Assembly: GCA_002633005.1 (NCBI GenBank)
Contig: NMRA01000522.1
Coordinates: forward strand, 136,270-200,269
DNA length: 64,000 bases
Origin: Phoronis australis
Taxonomy: Eukaryota > Animalia > Phoronida
Direction of reading: 5' to 3'
Below are positions 40,836-53,071 of the stretch, piece after piece. The position numbers and the translations under genes are program-made. Numbering within the stretch: the stretch's first letter is position 1; each line of letters opens with the position of its first letter. The notes under the pieces are model-generated. The model did not search any database. It worked only from the letters and a program-made list of their open reading frames with translations, and was not told the DNA's origin.

Positions 40836-41224
40836 CATGGTGAATCAAAATGTACTCACACTTCAGTACAGCGCTGAGAGTCAAGTTCAATTCATATGGG
40901 TCACATTTGCGTTCTGGTCTCCTGCATGTTTACACCTGTTTTGAAAGTGGTTGCGTGAGCCATCACGTGCTCTGTATGAACGGGAATTACAAACGACTCA
41001 GTTTTGGAGAACGAAAGTTTATTGCGCCCACTACTGGAAACTAAAAACGTCAAAAAAGTGCAAAGACAATTTATGTTCCCACGTTAATGAGCAAGGCGTC
41101 TGATTTAAAGACGTAATATCTTTTTGATCTTCTGTTTGGGAATGTTTAAAAACCATTAATCTTCTTCCTAAGTCAACAAATAATGCATTTATTGTTAGTT
41201 GTGAGTACATTTTGGGGCACACTG
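40836..41224 (+). mobile_element. Internally deleted Tc1/mariner element
   Basis: 25-bp TIRs sharing CAAAATGTACTCACA, TA on the right flank, and a transposase N-terminus remnant MNGNYKRLSFGERKFI..YWKL. Confidence 0.7.
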
Positions 41225-41619
41225 TAGAACTGTCCGAATTTCATCAACATCTTTGAGCTATCTCAGATATAGGCAAAAACCACTCAATTTACTTCGTTAT
41301 TTGCGGATGGGATTATAGAGATTTTTCCAACTTCAGCCTGTAACTAAGTGCACTGAAGCATCATCAATTTAGACAAGATTAGCTTCTGATTGTTAAAAAA
41401 TTATCTATGAATCAGTTGATTTTCGTAGATACATAAATATATAAATCAGAAACCAACAAATTCTCTTTTAAACGAAACAGAATATTATGCACCAATTCCC
41501 ATGCTCAGATTCGTGACGGGCAACCGGGGGAACGAACATGTGAGATGGGTCCACCGGGGGAACGTGTTTGACGGGTCATCCCACGGGGTTTAACAATCCC
41601 TTCAGAGAGAGGTCATACG

Positions 41620-41830
41620 CTTTTACCTTAATTGGCAAATTTCAAATCAGTTGTAAAACAACCTGTGTCAAAACATTGATTAATGATTGTGGGGAGTGGC
41701 TTTATAATGACCGGAGTAATCACTTCCATGAATTTGGTGGAAATGTTGCCAAATTTTGCCCAAGATTTCTATTTGAGATTTTAAAATTTTCCGATTTTAG
41801 TCTTGCTAACATGTATTTTGATTCATTTCA
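41620..41830 (-). mobile_element. CR1/L2-group LINE RT fragment
   Basis: ISTKFMEVITPVIIKPLPTIINQCFDTGCFTTDLKFA, matching the IIN.S..TG.FP..LK.A motif. Confidence 0.6.
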
Positions 41831-41981
41831 GAGGAAGCTAGTGCGTTTTATGAGTAAAACCTGAACTACGAAAATAGCTGAAATCTTTGTTTATGATCGC
41901 CAATACATGTATGTGCCTTAGTAAGTATGTTAGACATCTGCGGTGTACACGGCCCTGAAAAACCATACACAAGAATCTTGG

Positions 41982-43330
41982 CATTTATGCTCGGAATATG
42001 TCCCGAAAATAATAGGTGCGTCGCAAGCTCCGTTTCCAGAGATACAAAGGAGACCGTGTATAGGCGATATAAGGTCATTTATTATGACTGATAAGGTACA
42101 GGAATATGAGTGTACAAATAACATAAAGATAAATTAATAATCTCTGGAAAGATGGGCAATAAAAAGCGCCAGCACTCAGGTAAGAGGAACTACCCAAAGT
42201 AGAGGGTGGTAGAGGGTGGGAAAAAATGGAGATTAGCTCGAACCTAAGTGCTGCTAAAGCGAAGTACTGATGGCAGGAAACATAACTTTCTTGAGAACAA
42301 GGGAGCCCTATGACACGTGACAATCATCAGCCTATGGGAGCCAGGAGCAGTGACCAAACTCGTGGCAGTAATACAAACGAACCAATAGTGAGGCTGGAAA
42401 TGGAATGTCCTAGTGCCTCGAGTGCAGGAGGACCGCATGCGAATCTACACAAGGGGTTATTGGACCAGTCCGAAAGATGGGGGTATAAGAGGGACGAGTC
42501 CATATTCTCACATAAATACATTTAACGAGTGAAATATCATTTATGCTCGGAATATGTCCCGAAAATAATAGGTGCGTAGCAAGCTCCGTTTCCAGAGATA
42601 CAAAGGAGACCGTGTATAGGCGATATAAGGTTATTTATTATGACTGATAAGGTACAGGAATATGAGTGTACAAATAACATAAAATAAAGTAATAATCTCT
42701 GGAAAGATGGGCAATAAAAAGCGCCACGAGAGATGTTGAAGACAGCTCATGCCCATCCGCAGGGACGCACCAAAAGAAAAGGGAGGAAAGGGAGGTATTG
42801 TGTAGATTCGCATACTTACAAAGGCTGGCATCCGGATACCAAACCCTAACTCCAGGTACTCGAGAAAAAGGTGCAGGCAATACTGACACCGAAGGGCTAC
42901 GGTAGGACCAAGGGGCAGGCAATACTGAAAACGGGGAGGGAAGGGAGGTTGCAGGCAAGAATGGGCAAAACGAATTTCTCACAAACGACTCCTAGTAACG
43001 GTCTTCAAAAGAAATATTTTTATGATGGGAAAAGGTATCAACGTGTTATCACCATTGGATAAATCGACTGATAGCACTGCACGCGTTCCGAAGTTCCTGT
43101 TTGATAATCCCGAGCAGGATTTCATCATAGCATCCAAAGGAAGAGGTTTGTCCCCTGGTACCGAAGGAGAACGACATGCCATGACCAAACAGTGTACATC
43201 ATGTCTGCTTGCCCTGAGAGCGTTGTCAGTTTGGAACCCCCTTTTACTTGATGAGTAGTCATTTTGTTGTTTTCCAAGCATCTTGAACTCCCAACGTGGC
43301 TCAGTAGAGCAAGCGTAAAACACGGTGATA
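41982..43330 (-). mobile_element. Element with tandemly repeated 3' unit, copy B
   Basis: Near-identical ~190-bp direct repeats at 41982-42171 and 42538-42726 (period 556). Confidence 0.6.
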
Positions 43331-43787
43331 ATGAAACTAGGCTAGTGGGCTGGCTGCAATGCGCGAGAGAAATGGAGAATAAGGCGAGAGTAGGCGGCAG
43401 CTAGATGTCTGCATTGCAGTTCACCTGAACATGAACGAGGATTCATGCGATATGAATCGGATAGTAAAAATTAGGCGCCTTAGTCTGTTATTGACCAGAC
43501 TCAACTTGCTGCTTGTTAAGGTTAATGGTTCCCACTCTCCATGTTTGAAACAAAACATCATTTCGAAACGTAAATTTGACAACACAAAACTGTTGATAGT
43601 TCTCAGTCCCAATCATGCAATCTGGAGAAACGGACGACAAATTTAACGAAGTTTAGCCCTGATGAGATTTACGTCTTGACGTAATTGATAAAAAAGTATA
43701 TTTAACAAAATGTTGGGAAATATCTACCTGAGAATAATAGATTGGATATACGTAAAGTTTGAAGAAAGACAACTTTTCTAAAATGTA

Positions 43788-43827
43788 GCGACATGTTTCG
43801 GTGGTAAAACATCCACCATTGTCAACC
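43788..43827 (-). ncRNA. Degenerate minimal hammerhead motif (Penelope pLTR relic)
   Basis: GG-TTGACAA-T-GGTGG-ATGTTTTA-CCACC-GAAA-CATG-TC: intact stem II, GAAA and GUC site; the CUGANGA box carries two substitutions. Confidence 0.5.
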
Positions 43828-46218
43828 TTTATTCAGAGAATGCTTGAATGGCTACAGGTACACCGAAAATTCCAAACCACGCAAAAATGCCAGAACAGGT
43901 TTGGCTAGAAATCAGCGAAGTAGTGTAACAGTATCAATGACTCATGGGAAACCTATGCATCGAGTTAGGGCGTTTCCGAACACTGAATGTGAATGGCATC
44001 ACGAAGTTTCAAGCGATGGCGATTAGTACCAGTGGTCACTCATGTTAACGTATTAAAATACTAAATGTGTTAATAAAAATAATTTGAAATACTTTATTAA
44101 CCAGTAAGAAAAAGCGGTTTGTGTAAAATTAACTCAATGTGATGTACTCAAAAAGTACATGTCAAAACAGATCATGCGCATGTAACAATCAGCTCATGTA
44201 CGTACACGTGCACTTTATAATTTCTTGCTTCCTAAATAGACATGTTCTAGATCAAAGAATGGTATGGCTGAAAGCATGTAATGTGTAATTAGAATTTGAA
44301 ACACATTGATGAAGTAACACATGTTCGTTGAACATTGGGCAATTTTAGATTTTTGTGATCAGAGGAGCAAAATTCTATTGACATAGACCACTTCCATGGT
44401 TCAGCGGTCATTTTTCAAACTGATGAATATCGAGTACTCGGATGTGTGACGTCACGATTGGAGTAGGTGAAGAAGGAAAGTTGGTTCCTCAGAAGAATTT
44501 CGTTGTAGCTGTGTCCAGTTCAGTTTTCCGCGTCTTTGTTCATGCACGTATTACCCATCTTTTTGATATAACTGGATTCTCTGATCTACCTAGTAACATG
44601 CTCTTGACACGCCGTGACAGAAGCAGTCTCTTAACTGACATTTTCTAAAAATCTAATTAAAAACTTACTCCTTAACAGAAATCATCACGTGAAAATAATA
44701 AGTGACACTGGCCCGCCTGACGAAATAAGACAAGTCAACGAAGTTTTATTAGAGAAATCACATTTTAAACACAAGCAATATTTGTCGACATGTGACTGAT
44801 CATAAAAATTGCCAACAGTACCTACGACTTTTTCGTACAATTAAGTAGCAAACGGGAAATGAGAGTCATTCACAAGACCTTGACACCAAAGTGAAGTGTC
44901 GGCGTAAGTGCGCGCACACGTCTTCTTCCCTGCTAATAAAATATGTAGGAAATTTGAAAATTTACACAGCAGAGAGACAGCATGGGCATGGCAATTACTA
45001 CATGGAATATCTGCAATATAGATCCAGGAAATGGCATATTTTATACCTTTCTAGTGCCTGTACCTCAGTACTTTCGGAAACGGAAAATATACCGGCGACT
45101 TCAACAAGTAATAAGGACCAATTACGTAGTTAAGCGAAGTTAACCGGTGCTTTCAATTTTATTTAGGTGGCTTATATGAATGACCTTATTGAAATCAAAT
45201 AGATGTTGCAATGCCGTCAGTTACCGACGAATAAAAATTTACCATTTTATGAATGACCTTGCCTTGTTCCCTTCTCAGCTTGGAAGTGATCGCTGGACTC
45301 GGCGATAACTGACAGTAGTGGTTATTTCATCAGACCACTAAGCTCTTGCAGAGAACGGAAGTTTCCAAGACCAAATTTGACTTAGGAATAGTTTGAAACT
45401 TATTTCATAATGGTAAGTGGCCCAAGTCAAAATTTCTTTTCTGACAGAAAGCACAGGTTCAATACGGCTCTAAAGAGGCATGGAACCCTAAAGCTAGTCA
45501 AAATATCGTTTAAACAATTCCTGGCGAAAGTACCATCTGACAGCGTCTACTACAGAGCTATTTACTTTCCCGGACAGGAAAGTTTCACGAAAAATCCTCA
45601 AAGTTCACATTTTTGAAAGACGCGCGAAGAAAAACCTGTAGTCACCGCAGTTTCTAATCTTACTCCCACTTACGACGATAAATGCGCGCATGCTCTCACA
45701 GCCATTCGACTAGTAGCAGATTAACAACTGAAGGATATTGACGGCAGATTATGAGGTGTGATCGCACTCCCAATCTGAAGTCGAGAGCACAGTATGAGGC
45801 ACACCAGTGAAGCAAGACATTTCGCAGAGTTCCAAGTGTATTTTATAATTATAGTTGAATATTACGAGAACTTTCTAATTTCAACATCAATTGCCTCTTA
45901 ATCAGGCTAACGCTTGAAGTCGCCATTGTTTTGTTTATGTCCAATGTCAAAGGTCACATTTTCCATATTAGAGAAATGTGCTAGGTCAATTTCTGGTCAT
46001 ACCAAAGAAGACGCGCTTTGCCTTCTGAAAAATTAATGAAGTGACGAGCAGATGTTTTTTTTTTTGAAAATTGAAACTAAAAGAAAAATGCTTTGACATA
46101 AACATAAATTTAAAATCTTTACAGCAAATCCTAAAAATATTTGGTGCCCACTTGAATTCGGTTTCAGTGGCAGAGAACCACTCTGAATAATGAAATTTAG
46201 TCTATTTTTCAAATTCCA

Positions 46219-46470
46219 AGGGCCGTTAAAAAGCTGACTTAAGTTCATTTTTAACTTTAATGTAAGATTTGTCTCAACTTCTAAACTTTGAAACTTCCAC
46301 ATCCTTTAAGTTTATCAAAATTAAGACAAAACTTAAGTCAGAAATTTAAGTCAAACTTAAATCTCTTTTTTTGAAATGGACTTGAGACAGACTTAAGTTT
46401 TATCATCAAACTGATTGAAATTTAAGATTAGTCTTCAGTTAGCTAAGTCAGTTTTCTTGGAACAGGTCCC
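46219..46470. mobile_element. Harbinger-like palindromic MITE (uninterrupted copy)
   Basis: AGGGCCGTT..CTGACTTA and TAAGTCAGTTTTCTTGGAACAGGTCCC ends; homologous to 24898-24940 plus 27323-27510. Confidence 0.65.
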
Positions 46471-46879
46471 TGGCCTCTTTCAGGGAGTTGATGGTACTGT
46501 GTTTTGCAGATAAGCTAAAAACGTTGAAATAATGTAAGCCACATTTCTCATAAACCTTTTATTTTGATAATATATAGGGGTGTACAAAACGCAAACTTCA
46601 CAAAGTATTACCTTTTGTACCTAATTCTAGTGGCAGACACTTGTTTAATATTAGTACATCCTCATGAATCCCTTTGGCAAAAAATGCAGGTTCACATTCA
46701 CTTCCATCCATCCATTCACAACTAGTATTATATTAAGCTCAGAATAGTAAGAGACACATTCGCAGTCATTCACTATTGGCTTTTAGCATGCAGGATAGTT
46801 TGAGGACATCATTCCATAATTAAGTCATTGCCTCAGTACAGTTAAAGATCTGGGATGCGTTCACTAAACGAAAGCACTA

Positions 46880-49490
46880 TGCAAAAAGTAAGATCGTTGC
46901 AACACAAAACCATGCAAAATGAGTGCTTCGTGAAAGTGCTTGCGACTTTTCTGGCATATCCCAGAAATTGGTGGCCATGGAAGTATTGGTCGATCAGGAT
47001 CAGATTAGGATGTTGCATTATGAGATAAAATTCAAGGTTTCAGTTCCAACTGCACATGTCTAGGGAATGCACTGCTGACATGATGATAGCTTTACAATAC
47101 TATTGCATAATGAGACATCCCCTCAACAGTACAGCTGCAGATCTGATGCTAGTTTGACAAATTCTCAGACCAAATCAGCAAAATCTATCCACAACAAAAT
47201 GTGGACCAGAGGTAAGAGATCTATTCAAGTAGTAAACATCCAATCAAATTAACAGTACAAAGCCTAAATTAACAGTACAAAGCCTAAAGTTTCAGGACTT
47301 TTACTCTTAAACACCCATGAATGGTTATTGAAAACCAAATTAATTGTTGGAACATTTAATAACTTAAGGAGGTTCAACAGAATTTGCACAAAGTGGAAGT
47401 ATTGTCAGTGACTAATTTATAAAACATTTGAATACTGTTGATTACTGATTACACTTAATTGAAAAATATTGATTGTGCATTAAGCTTTAGTTACTAAAGT
47501 ATAACTTGGTCGCGTTAAATAGAAAAAGGCTTAAACAAGTATAAACACTTGCATCTTAATTAGTGGTAAAACACCAAATTTGAATTTATCAAGAAAGAAA
47601 CTTCACGCCAACAAAACTTATTTCACTATACCAACATAACATTATCACCATACAGTGAAATACAATCATGACCTTGAACTTGGCCTGCTTTCTTATGTGG
47701 CATTGTTTGAACTGAAATAGCTCCAGAAGTCCTCGGAGCATAATTTTTTCTTACTTCATAGATAACATGTGGAGCATCAAAGACATCAAAGAACTTGTAA
47801 AAGTCAATTTCATGTTTTTGCAAGAGGAAATGCCTTTGTTTAAGTGGCTGCAAAGGAAAAACTAATTGCATAACTACCACATTTTTTGCAAATTTATAGT
47901 TAGACAACGACTAAACATCAATGGTATACTGAAATTGGATCAATGCCGCTTTAAAGCACAAGTGGGTTGATGAACTCTTACCAACAGAGAAGTCTGTCTC
48001 TTGTAAGTCGCGTAATTTGAATATGTGTGACTTAACAGAACAACACAAACATTTAACTTTTATCTCAGGCAAAAATGCAAGTTCTACGGTACTCTTCTCT
48101 GAAGGAGATTTACACGTGTTGTCACTTATCTGCATTGGAATTACGCCCACAATTACAATAGGTAGGATAGTGGTGAAACAGTAGCTGATGGATCAAAACT
48201 CACAGTTTTACATTAAACATTCAGTTAATACTCAGCCCAGCCTTTATAAACATCTTGAATGTTAACTCCAAGTGACTTTGCTTGTGCACCGAACATATAC
48301 TACTTTACACAGTTTACAGTGTGTACAGCTGTGAGCCCATCCGTTCGCATGCATCTTGTGTACAAGTCACATGCAGTTTACATGGTCACTGTTTGTATGC
48401 TACCATGGCGTCCACCTTATGTATGGTAGTGGTGAACGAGCGAAGGCGAACTTCTTCAGAGTTAGCGATAAAGTGAGGCCCAGTCTCGCCCCAGGTTTCT
48501 GGCACTTCAAGGTCTTTATCTGTGTACACCAACAAATCAAACACACCTGCACAACGTAGTAGAAAGAAAATTTTAGTAAATCAGTTTGCACAATTGGTTT
48601 GGTCTCGTTATCCCAGGGCTTTCCCAGAGAGACAGATTCCTTGTCTTACTTACTGCAAAACCTCATCACATAAATGCAAAGCATTGATATGCGCTCGCGG
48701 TGTGCACGGGAAATGGTAAAGATTTAAGAGAGGCTCATTTCTTTCGAACATTCTCGTGGAAGACAGATTCATCTGAAAATCAATGTCAGTTTCGCTCTCC
48801 TTAATGCAAACACTTATGTCCACTTTTATGAAAATCCATCAAAAAACTTGGTACATATTAAGGCATACAATTTGCCACCTGGAGATGCCACAGCAGTCAG
48901 CTCTGTCCAATATCAGCCATGTTCTCCTCAACAGGAGCACATTTTTAAAACTTCATGAAGATCCACCAACAGGGGGAGGGGGACTGTTGTCATAGGCATG
49001 CACACTTGTCACACACCAAAGCTCTTATCATGCCAAAACCCCTCACCATGGAACCTGAACACCAACCACATTAAGGCACTCTTGCAGTCAATTGCATTAA
49101 AAACTGTGGCAAAACTGCCCTAGCATGGTTAAAATTCAGGTTTTGAGGTAAGAGTATTTTTTGTACATGGTAGAGTGTTTCTGGTGTGTGATAAGGGTGC
49201 ACACCTGTGGTAAACCCATTTCCACCTCTTGATCTAAGAACTTGGTAGATGTTGGGGCAGGCACAAAATAGCCACAACCAGGGTCATACCAGGCACCTTA
49301 AATATTGCATCTGTCCAAAAAACATCAGTAGTGATCTAATCAACACAATCATAGATTCAGGCCATATTTCATAAAGAGTCATCCACAGGGCTACCAACCC
49401 CTTAACATTAAGCACATAAGCATTTAACATCTTAACATGATATCCAAGGCAGAAGATATCCCACAATCCAAAGTCAAGGGAGCACATTTT
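46880..49490 (-). pseudogene. Heavily decayed CxC/KDZ-type (HMGXB3-like) transposase relic, tentative
   Basis: Ordered fragments across frames: YDPGCGYF, CDKC..PLLVDLH, FYKFF..RTSGAI.V..PH, YCKAII..PRH..HPNLILID. Similarity judged from memory of family motifs only. Confidence 0.35.
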
Positions 49491-49847
49491 TCATTGGTCA
49501 GTCATCAAAAAACAACTGCAACTGACCAGTTACAATAAGGAAAATCTGTACCTGCAAACTACATTATACACTGGTACTAAGTACTCAGGAAACATCTTAT
49601 TGGTGTGATCTGATCACCGAACTTGGTAAATATTGAAAAATACACAAGGAAAACGTTAATTGCCACATAGGAAGACAAAGACTGAATTTCATGAAGATTT
49701 GTCGTGGACCATGGTAAGTATTAACTCAGAGGCAAAAAATTGTCAAAACAAGATGCCGTAGTAGTCAAATCCAAGTGAAAATTAACATATCCTCAACAGG
49801 TCTGGAACACATATTCCAACAAAGTTCATGTTCAGGCAGGCGTGAAA

Positions 49848-49936
49848 GAACAAACCACTAGAGGGCACTACACTAGTCGGACCTGTTTGAATGAACAAAC
49901 CATTAGACGGCACTATACTAGTCGGACCAGTCTGAA
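49848..49936. repeat. ~44-bp tandem duplication containing a CTCF-like motif
   Basis: GAACAAACCACTAGAGGGCACTACACTAGTCGGACC, repeated with variants. Confidence 0.8.
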
Positions 49937-50015
49937 AATCAGTAACAGAAATTTCATGATACACTTAAGCGGTTTGGTGGATAGCAGATGATATAAGCAA
50001 ACCAGGAAATTATAA

Positions 50016-51242
50016 ACAAGAGCAACGCGGAGCGGTGAAATGCGCCCACGACTACACTACAAACCATGTGCATCTATGGATGTTTTTAGTAACATAAAAA
50101 TGGCCATTGGATGGCACAGAATACATTGAACCAATCCGAAAATGAGGTTTCGTCATCTCTCAAAGCTATTAGCCAAATTTCATGAAACTGCATCTAAAAC
50201 TCCAAAGTTACAAGGGTAAAAGTAAAAACAAAAAAACTGACATTAGGCACCACAGCCGTAGTTGAATGTTGTCAAGTTAATAGGAATACAATTGCAAAGG
50301 TTGAAAATCATTTTGCAGGGGGTTTCGGAAATACAGCCGAAGATGCGAAAACCAAATCACTAAGGGGCCAACAGTAGTAGGACTCATCTGAAACCCCATG
50401 TCAGTCATGCTCTTGTCAGTAGGAGCACATCTAGAGAATTATATAATAGTTCATACTATAACCACTAGGTGCCTCTGTAGCTAGCTTCCCACCATTGTCT
50501 TAGTGACTACACATTGACATTACATAGAGGTAGGGATTATCACCTTTTCCACGTGTATTCACTTTATATCCCGTTTATAGTACATTGTCATTACCCTTAA
50601 GCTATACAGTAAGCATTCTCTTTACTTGTACTTCTAGGTCTCCATCATTCTTTCAATAAAGGTTGACAAGAAATGAAGAATGTTTATCTAACATCTGCCA
50701 ATTTCCATAATGACCCAGTTTGCTATACACAGAAGCAGACGGCAAAAAAAAAAAATAATGTCCACTAGTTGGTGCAGACAGAATACATCGAATCCATCAC
50801 AAAATGGAAAAAGTGCTGCCATCTTCATAACAGAAACTTGTTTGGCAAATTTCATGAAAAACAACAAGGAACTTTGAAGTTATATACAAAATTTGCCAAT
50901 AGTGAGCACAGGTGCAGTTGCACTGGTTTGAAACTCGTCATCGTCTGCTAAATTTCAGTTCTTGCAAAACAAATTGCCACGATGGGGCACCAAAGTAGTC
51001 AAACACATTAGAAAAACAATGTCAGCCTCCGCTTTCTCATCAGGTACACATCTCCTAATTATAACAAAGATTCTTCCAGCAGTTTGGTGGACGGAAAGGT
51101 TGACATCAAAATAATTTTTTAAAACCAAATTAGAAGATGTCACCATCTCCTTAAATGAAAGCTATTAGCAAAAAGTTCATAGTAATAAAAATAGTCACTA
51201 TAAGTCAAATCTTTCCGAAAATAGGAACCTGTCATTGTCTCT
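50016..51242 (-). mobile_element. HINE copy (3' end intact, interrupted near 50480-50690, cut at a piggyBac TTAA)
   Basis: ACAAGAGCAACGCGGAGCGGTGAAATGCGCCC end, like 60989, and the same internal units. Confidence 0.65.
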
Positions 51243-51246
51243 TTAA

Positions 51247-52389
51247 CCCTTATCCTGCGCGAGGTCAGCCGACAAGCCTATTATCCTATTAAAATGCGTC
51301 GGGTGTACTCAATTGCCTAAAATAAGCTACGGCTAGGCTGCTCAAGGAGAGTGTACTCACCCCAGGACACGTGTTTTTCATTCAGAAATTGTGAAAGCCC
51401 CGTATGCTGTTTATATATCCGAGCATGCGCATTCCACAGTTCATAGTTTCCTGTACAGTTTTCTGACTTACAACATATGGCTGTGGTTATTTGTTTCCGA
51501 GATATTTGAAAGTTTACGCAAGTTTTATCTTGACTGATGCCAAACGTGGTAAGGTGACTGTTGACCAGTTTCTTGAGGAAGTGTTCATGGACTCAGCGAG
51601 CTGGAATTGGCAATCGAAAGTGACGGTGACAGTGACGGGGAAACTAACACAACAGTCACAAGTAATACAGATTCTATCGATTCGGATCTCACTGCAATTT
51701 TTGGAGGAGTTACCGGTCCCTGAAGCTGAACTTGGAGGGGCCTACGACGATGCTTGGCTCACGCCCTTCAGGCATAATACAGGGCCTCTGAAACATGACA
51801 GAACTCATTCAGAATTAGATATTTTTTGTGACTTTTTCACAGAATAGCTTTGTGCCCCCACCCGTGTTTCACGTTTTTGCACACAAGGTGAACTTCAAGA
51901 CAGACTTTAGCAAGGAACTGCACCAGTCATGCATTTGTAATCGTGCAAAGTTGAGGTATGTTATATACTATACATTCTTGTTTGTAGATGTGATGTTACA
52001 GACAATAAATCTGCTTTACTAAACATGCAAGTCTCATGGATTCACTTTTAAAAATACTTATTACGGTTTTTGAGTGTCAGCTCTAATGTTCTCACATGCA
52101 AAAACAGATAAAAACAAAGAGTGTCCAGTTTGAAAGTTTATAGAATTATTTATATCAAGGCTATGGTAAAGATATGTATATGGTGAAAATCTCCATTAAA
52201 TTCTGAACAGCTTTCGTGCAGACCACTTTTATGTAAAGTTGATATTACCCCTTCAAATTTCCAATCTAAAAATATCAGGTCATTAATCTGAGTGACCTTT
52301 ATAACAGCCCAGTGCACAGCAGCAGTGGTGACCTACGAAGCTCAGCACACAGGGAAAGTTGTCTGAATAGAGGCTTAGCAGGATAAGGG
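51247..52389 (+). mobile_element. Internally deleted piggyBac transposon
   Basis: TTAA|CCCTTATCCTGC ... GCAGGATAAGGG|TTAA; acidic N-terminus and PFRHNTGP..SELDIFCDFFTE joined to the terminal Cys-rich ALCPHPCFTFLHTR*. Confidence 0.9.
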
Positions 52390-52565
52390 TTAAAGGAGAA
52401 TGCCATCTTATATAGTTAGTCTTTTTTACCGTCTTAATCGGCCTATATCCACATCGCCTCTTACACAGTTGACCTCACCTTGCTGAGAGGTGTCGCGTTA
52501 ACCTGTGAGGAAGGTGAGAAGTGACGCAGCGACGTCAGTGGTTCATCTGCAGAGTGAATGCCACT

Positions 52566-52847
52566 ATATTGTGGTGCATTGTTCCCGCTTGTCCGAACTA
52601 TGAAGCTTCGAAGAAAGCGGTTATATCAGTTTTTCGACTTCCTCGAGAGCCCGAGATGCTTAGGAATTGGCTCGCAGTAGTAAATGAAAGGAAGGCTGTT
52701 AATAGCAAGCATGAGGCCATGAAACATCTCCGTGTCTGTGGCCGGCATTTCGTCGACAGTGATTTCTCTGACGAATTCCGGCTTACCAAAGAACTATCCA
52801 TCAATCCGTTGCCTGTGCATGTTCACGGCGCCTCTAGTATTTCTTGA
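52566..52847 (+). pseudogene. THAP zinc-finger remnant in copy 2
   Basis: ILWCIVPACPN..FRLPRE..RNWL..LRVCGRHFVDSDF: full C2CH signature, start ATG changed to ATA. Confidence 0.8.
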
Positions 52848-53071
52848 TCAGTGTATTCCAGTTCAAACAGATAGCCTGTGAAACCTAATGATCCGACCCG
52901 TGAAGTCTTTGCCGCCTGAGCTCGTGACTAAGTCGGGATTGGTGCGAGGTGAGTTGCCGTTTATTAGTAGACATTTACTACTGATTCTGCGTTCTGTTTC
53001 AAAATGAATTATTCTCATCCTTACCAATGCTTATATAAAACTGAAACAAAGTCTGTCTCATTAGATACAAT

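Noticed and set aside
42280-42332. Minus-strand CTGATGA..GAAA in copy B as a hammerhead
   Set aside because: Stem II is weak with a non-canonical closing pair, and the GAAA box is not conserved in copy A.
51225-51246. GTCATTGTCTCT|TTAA as another Kolobok end
   Set aside because: The preceding sequence aligns with HINE units (compare 50130-50185); the resemblance looks coincidental.
52521-52847. Host THAP transcription-factor gene
   Set aside because: Lies inside a multi-copy TIR element, lacks the ATG present in copy 1, and its paralogs are frameshifted.
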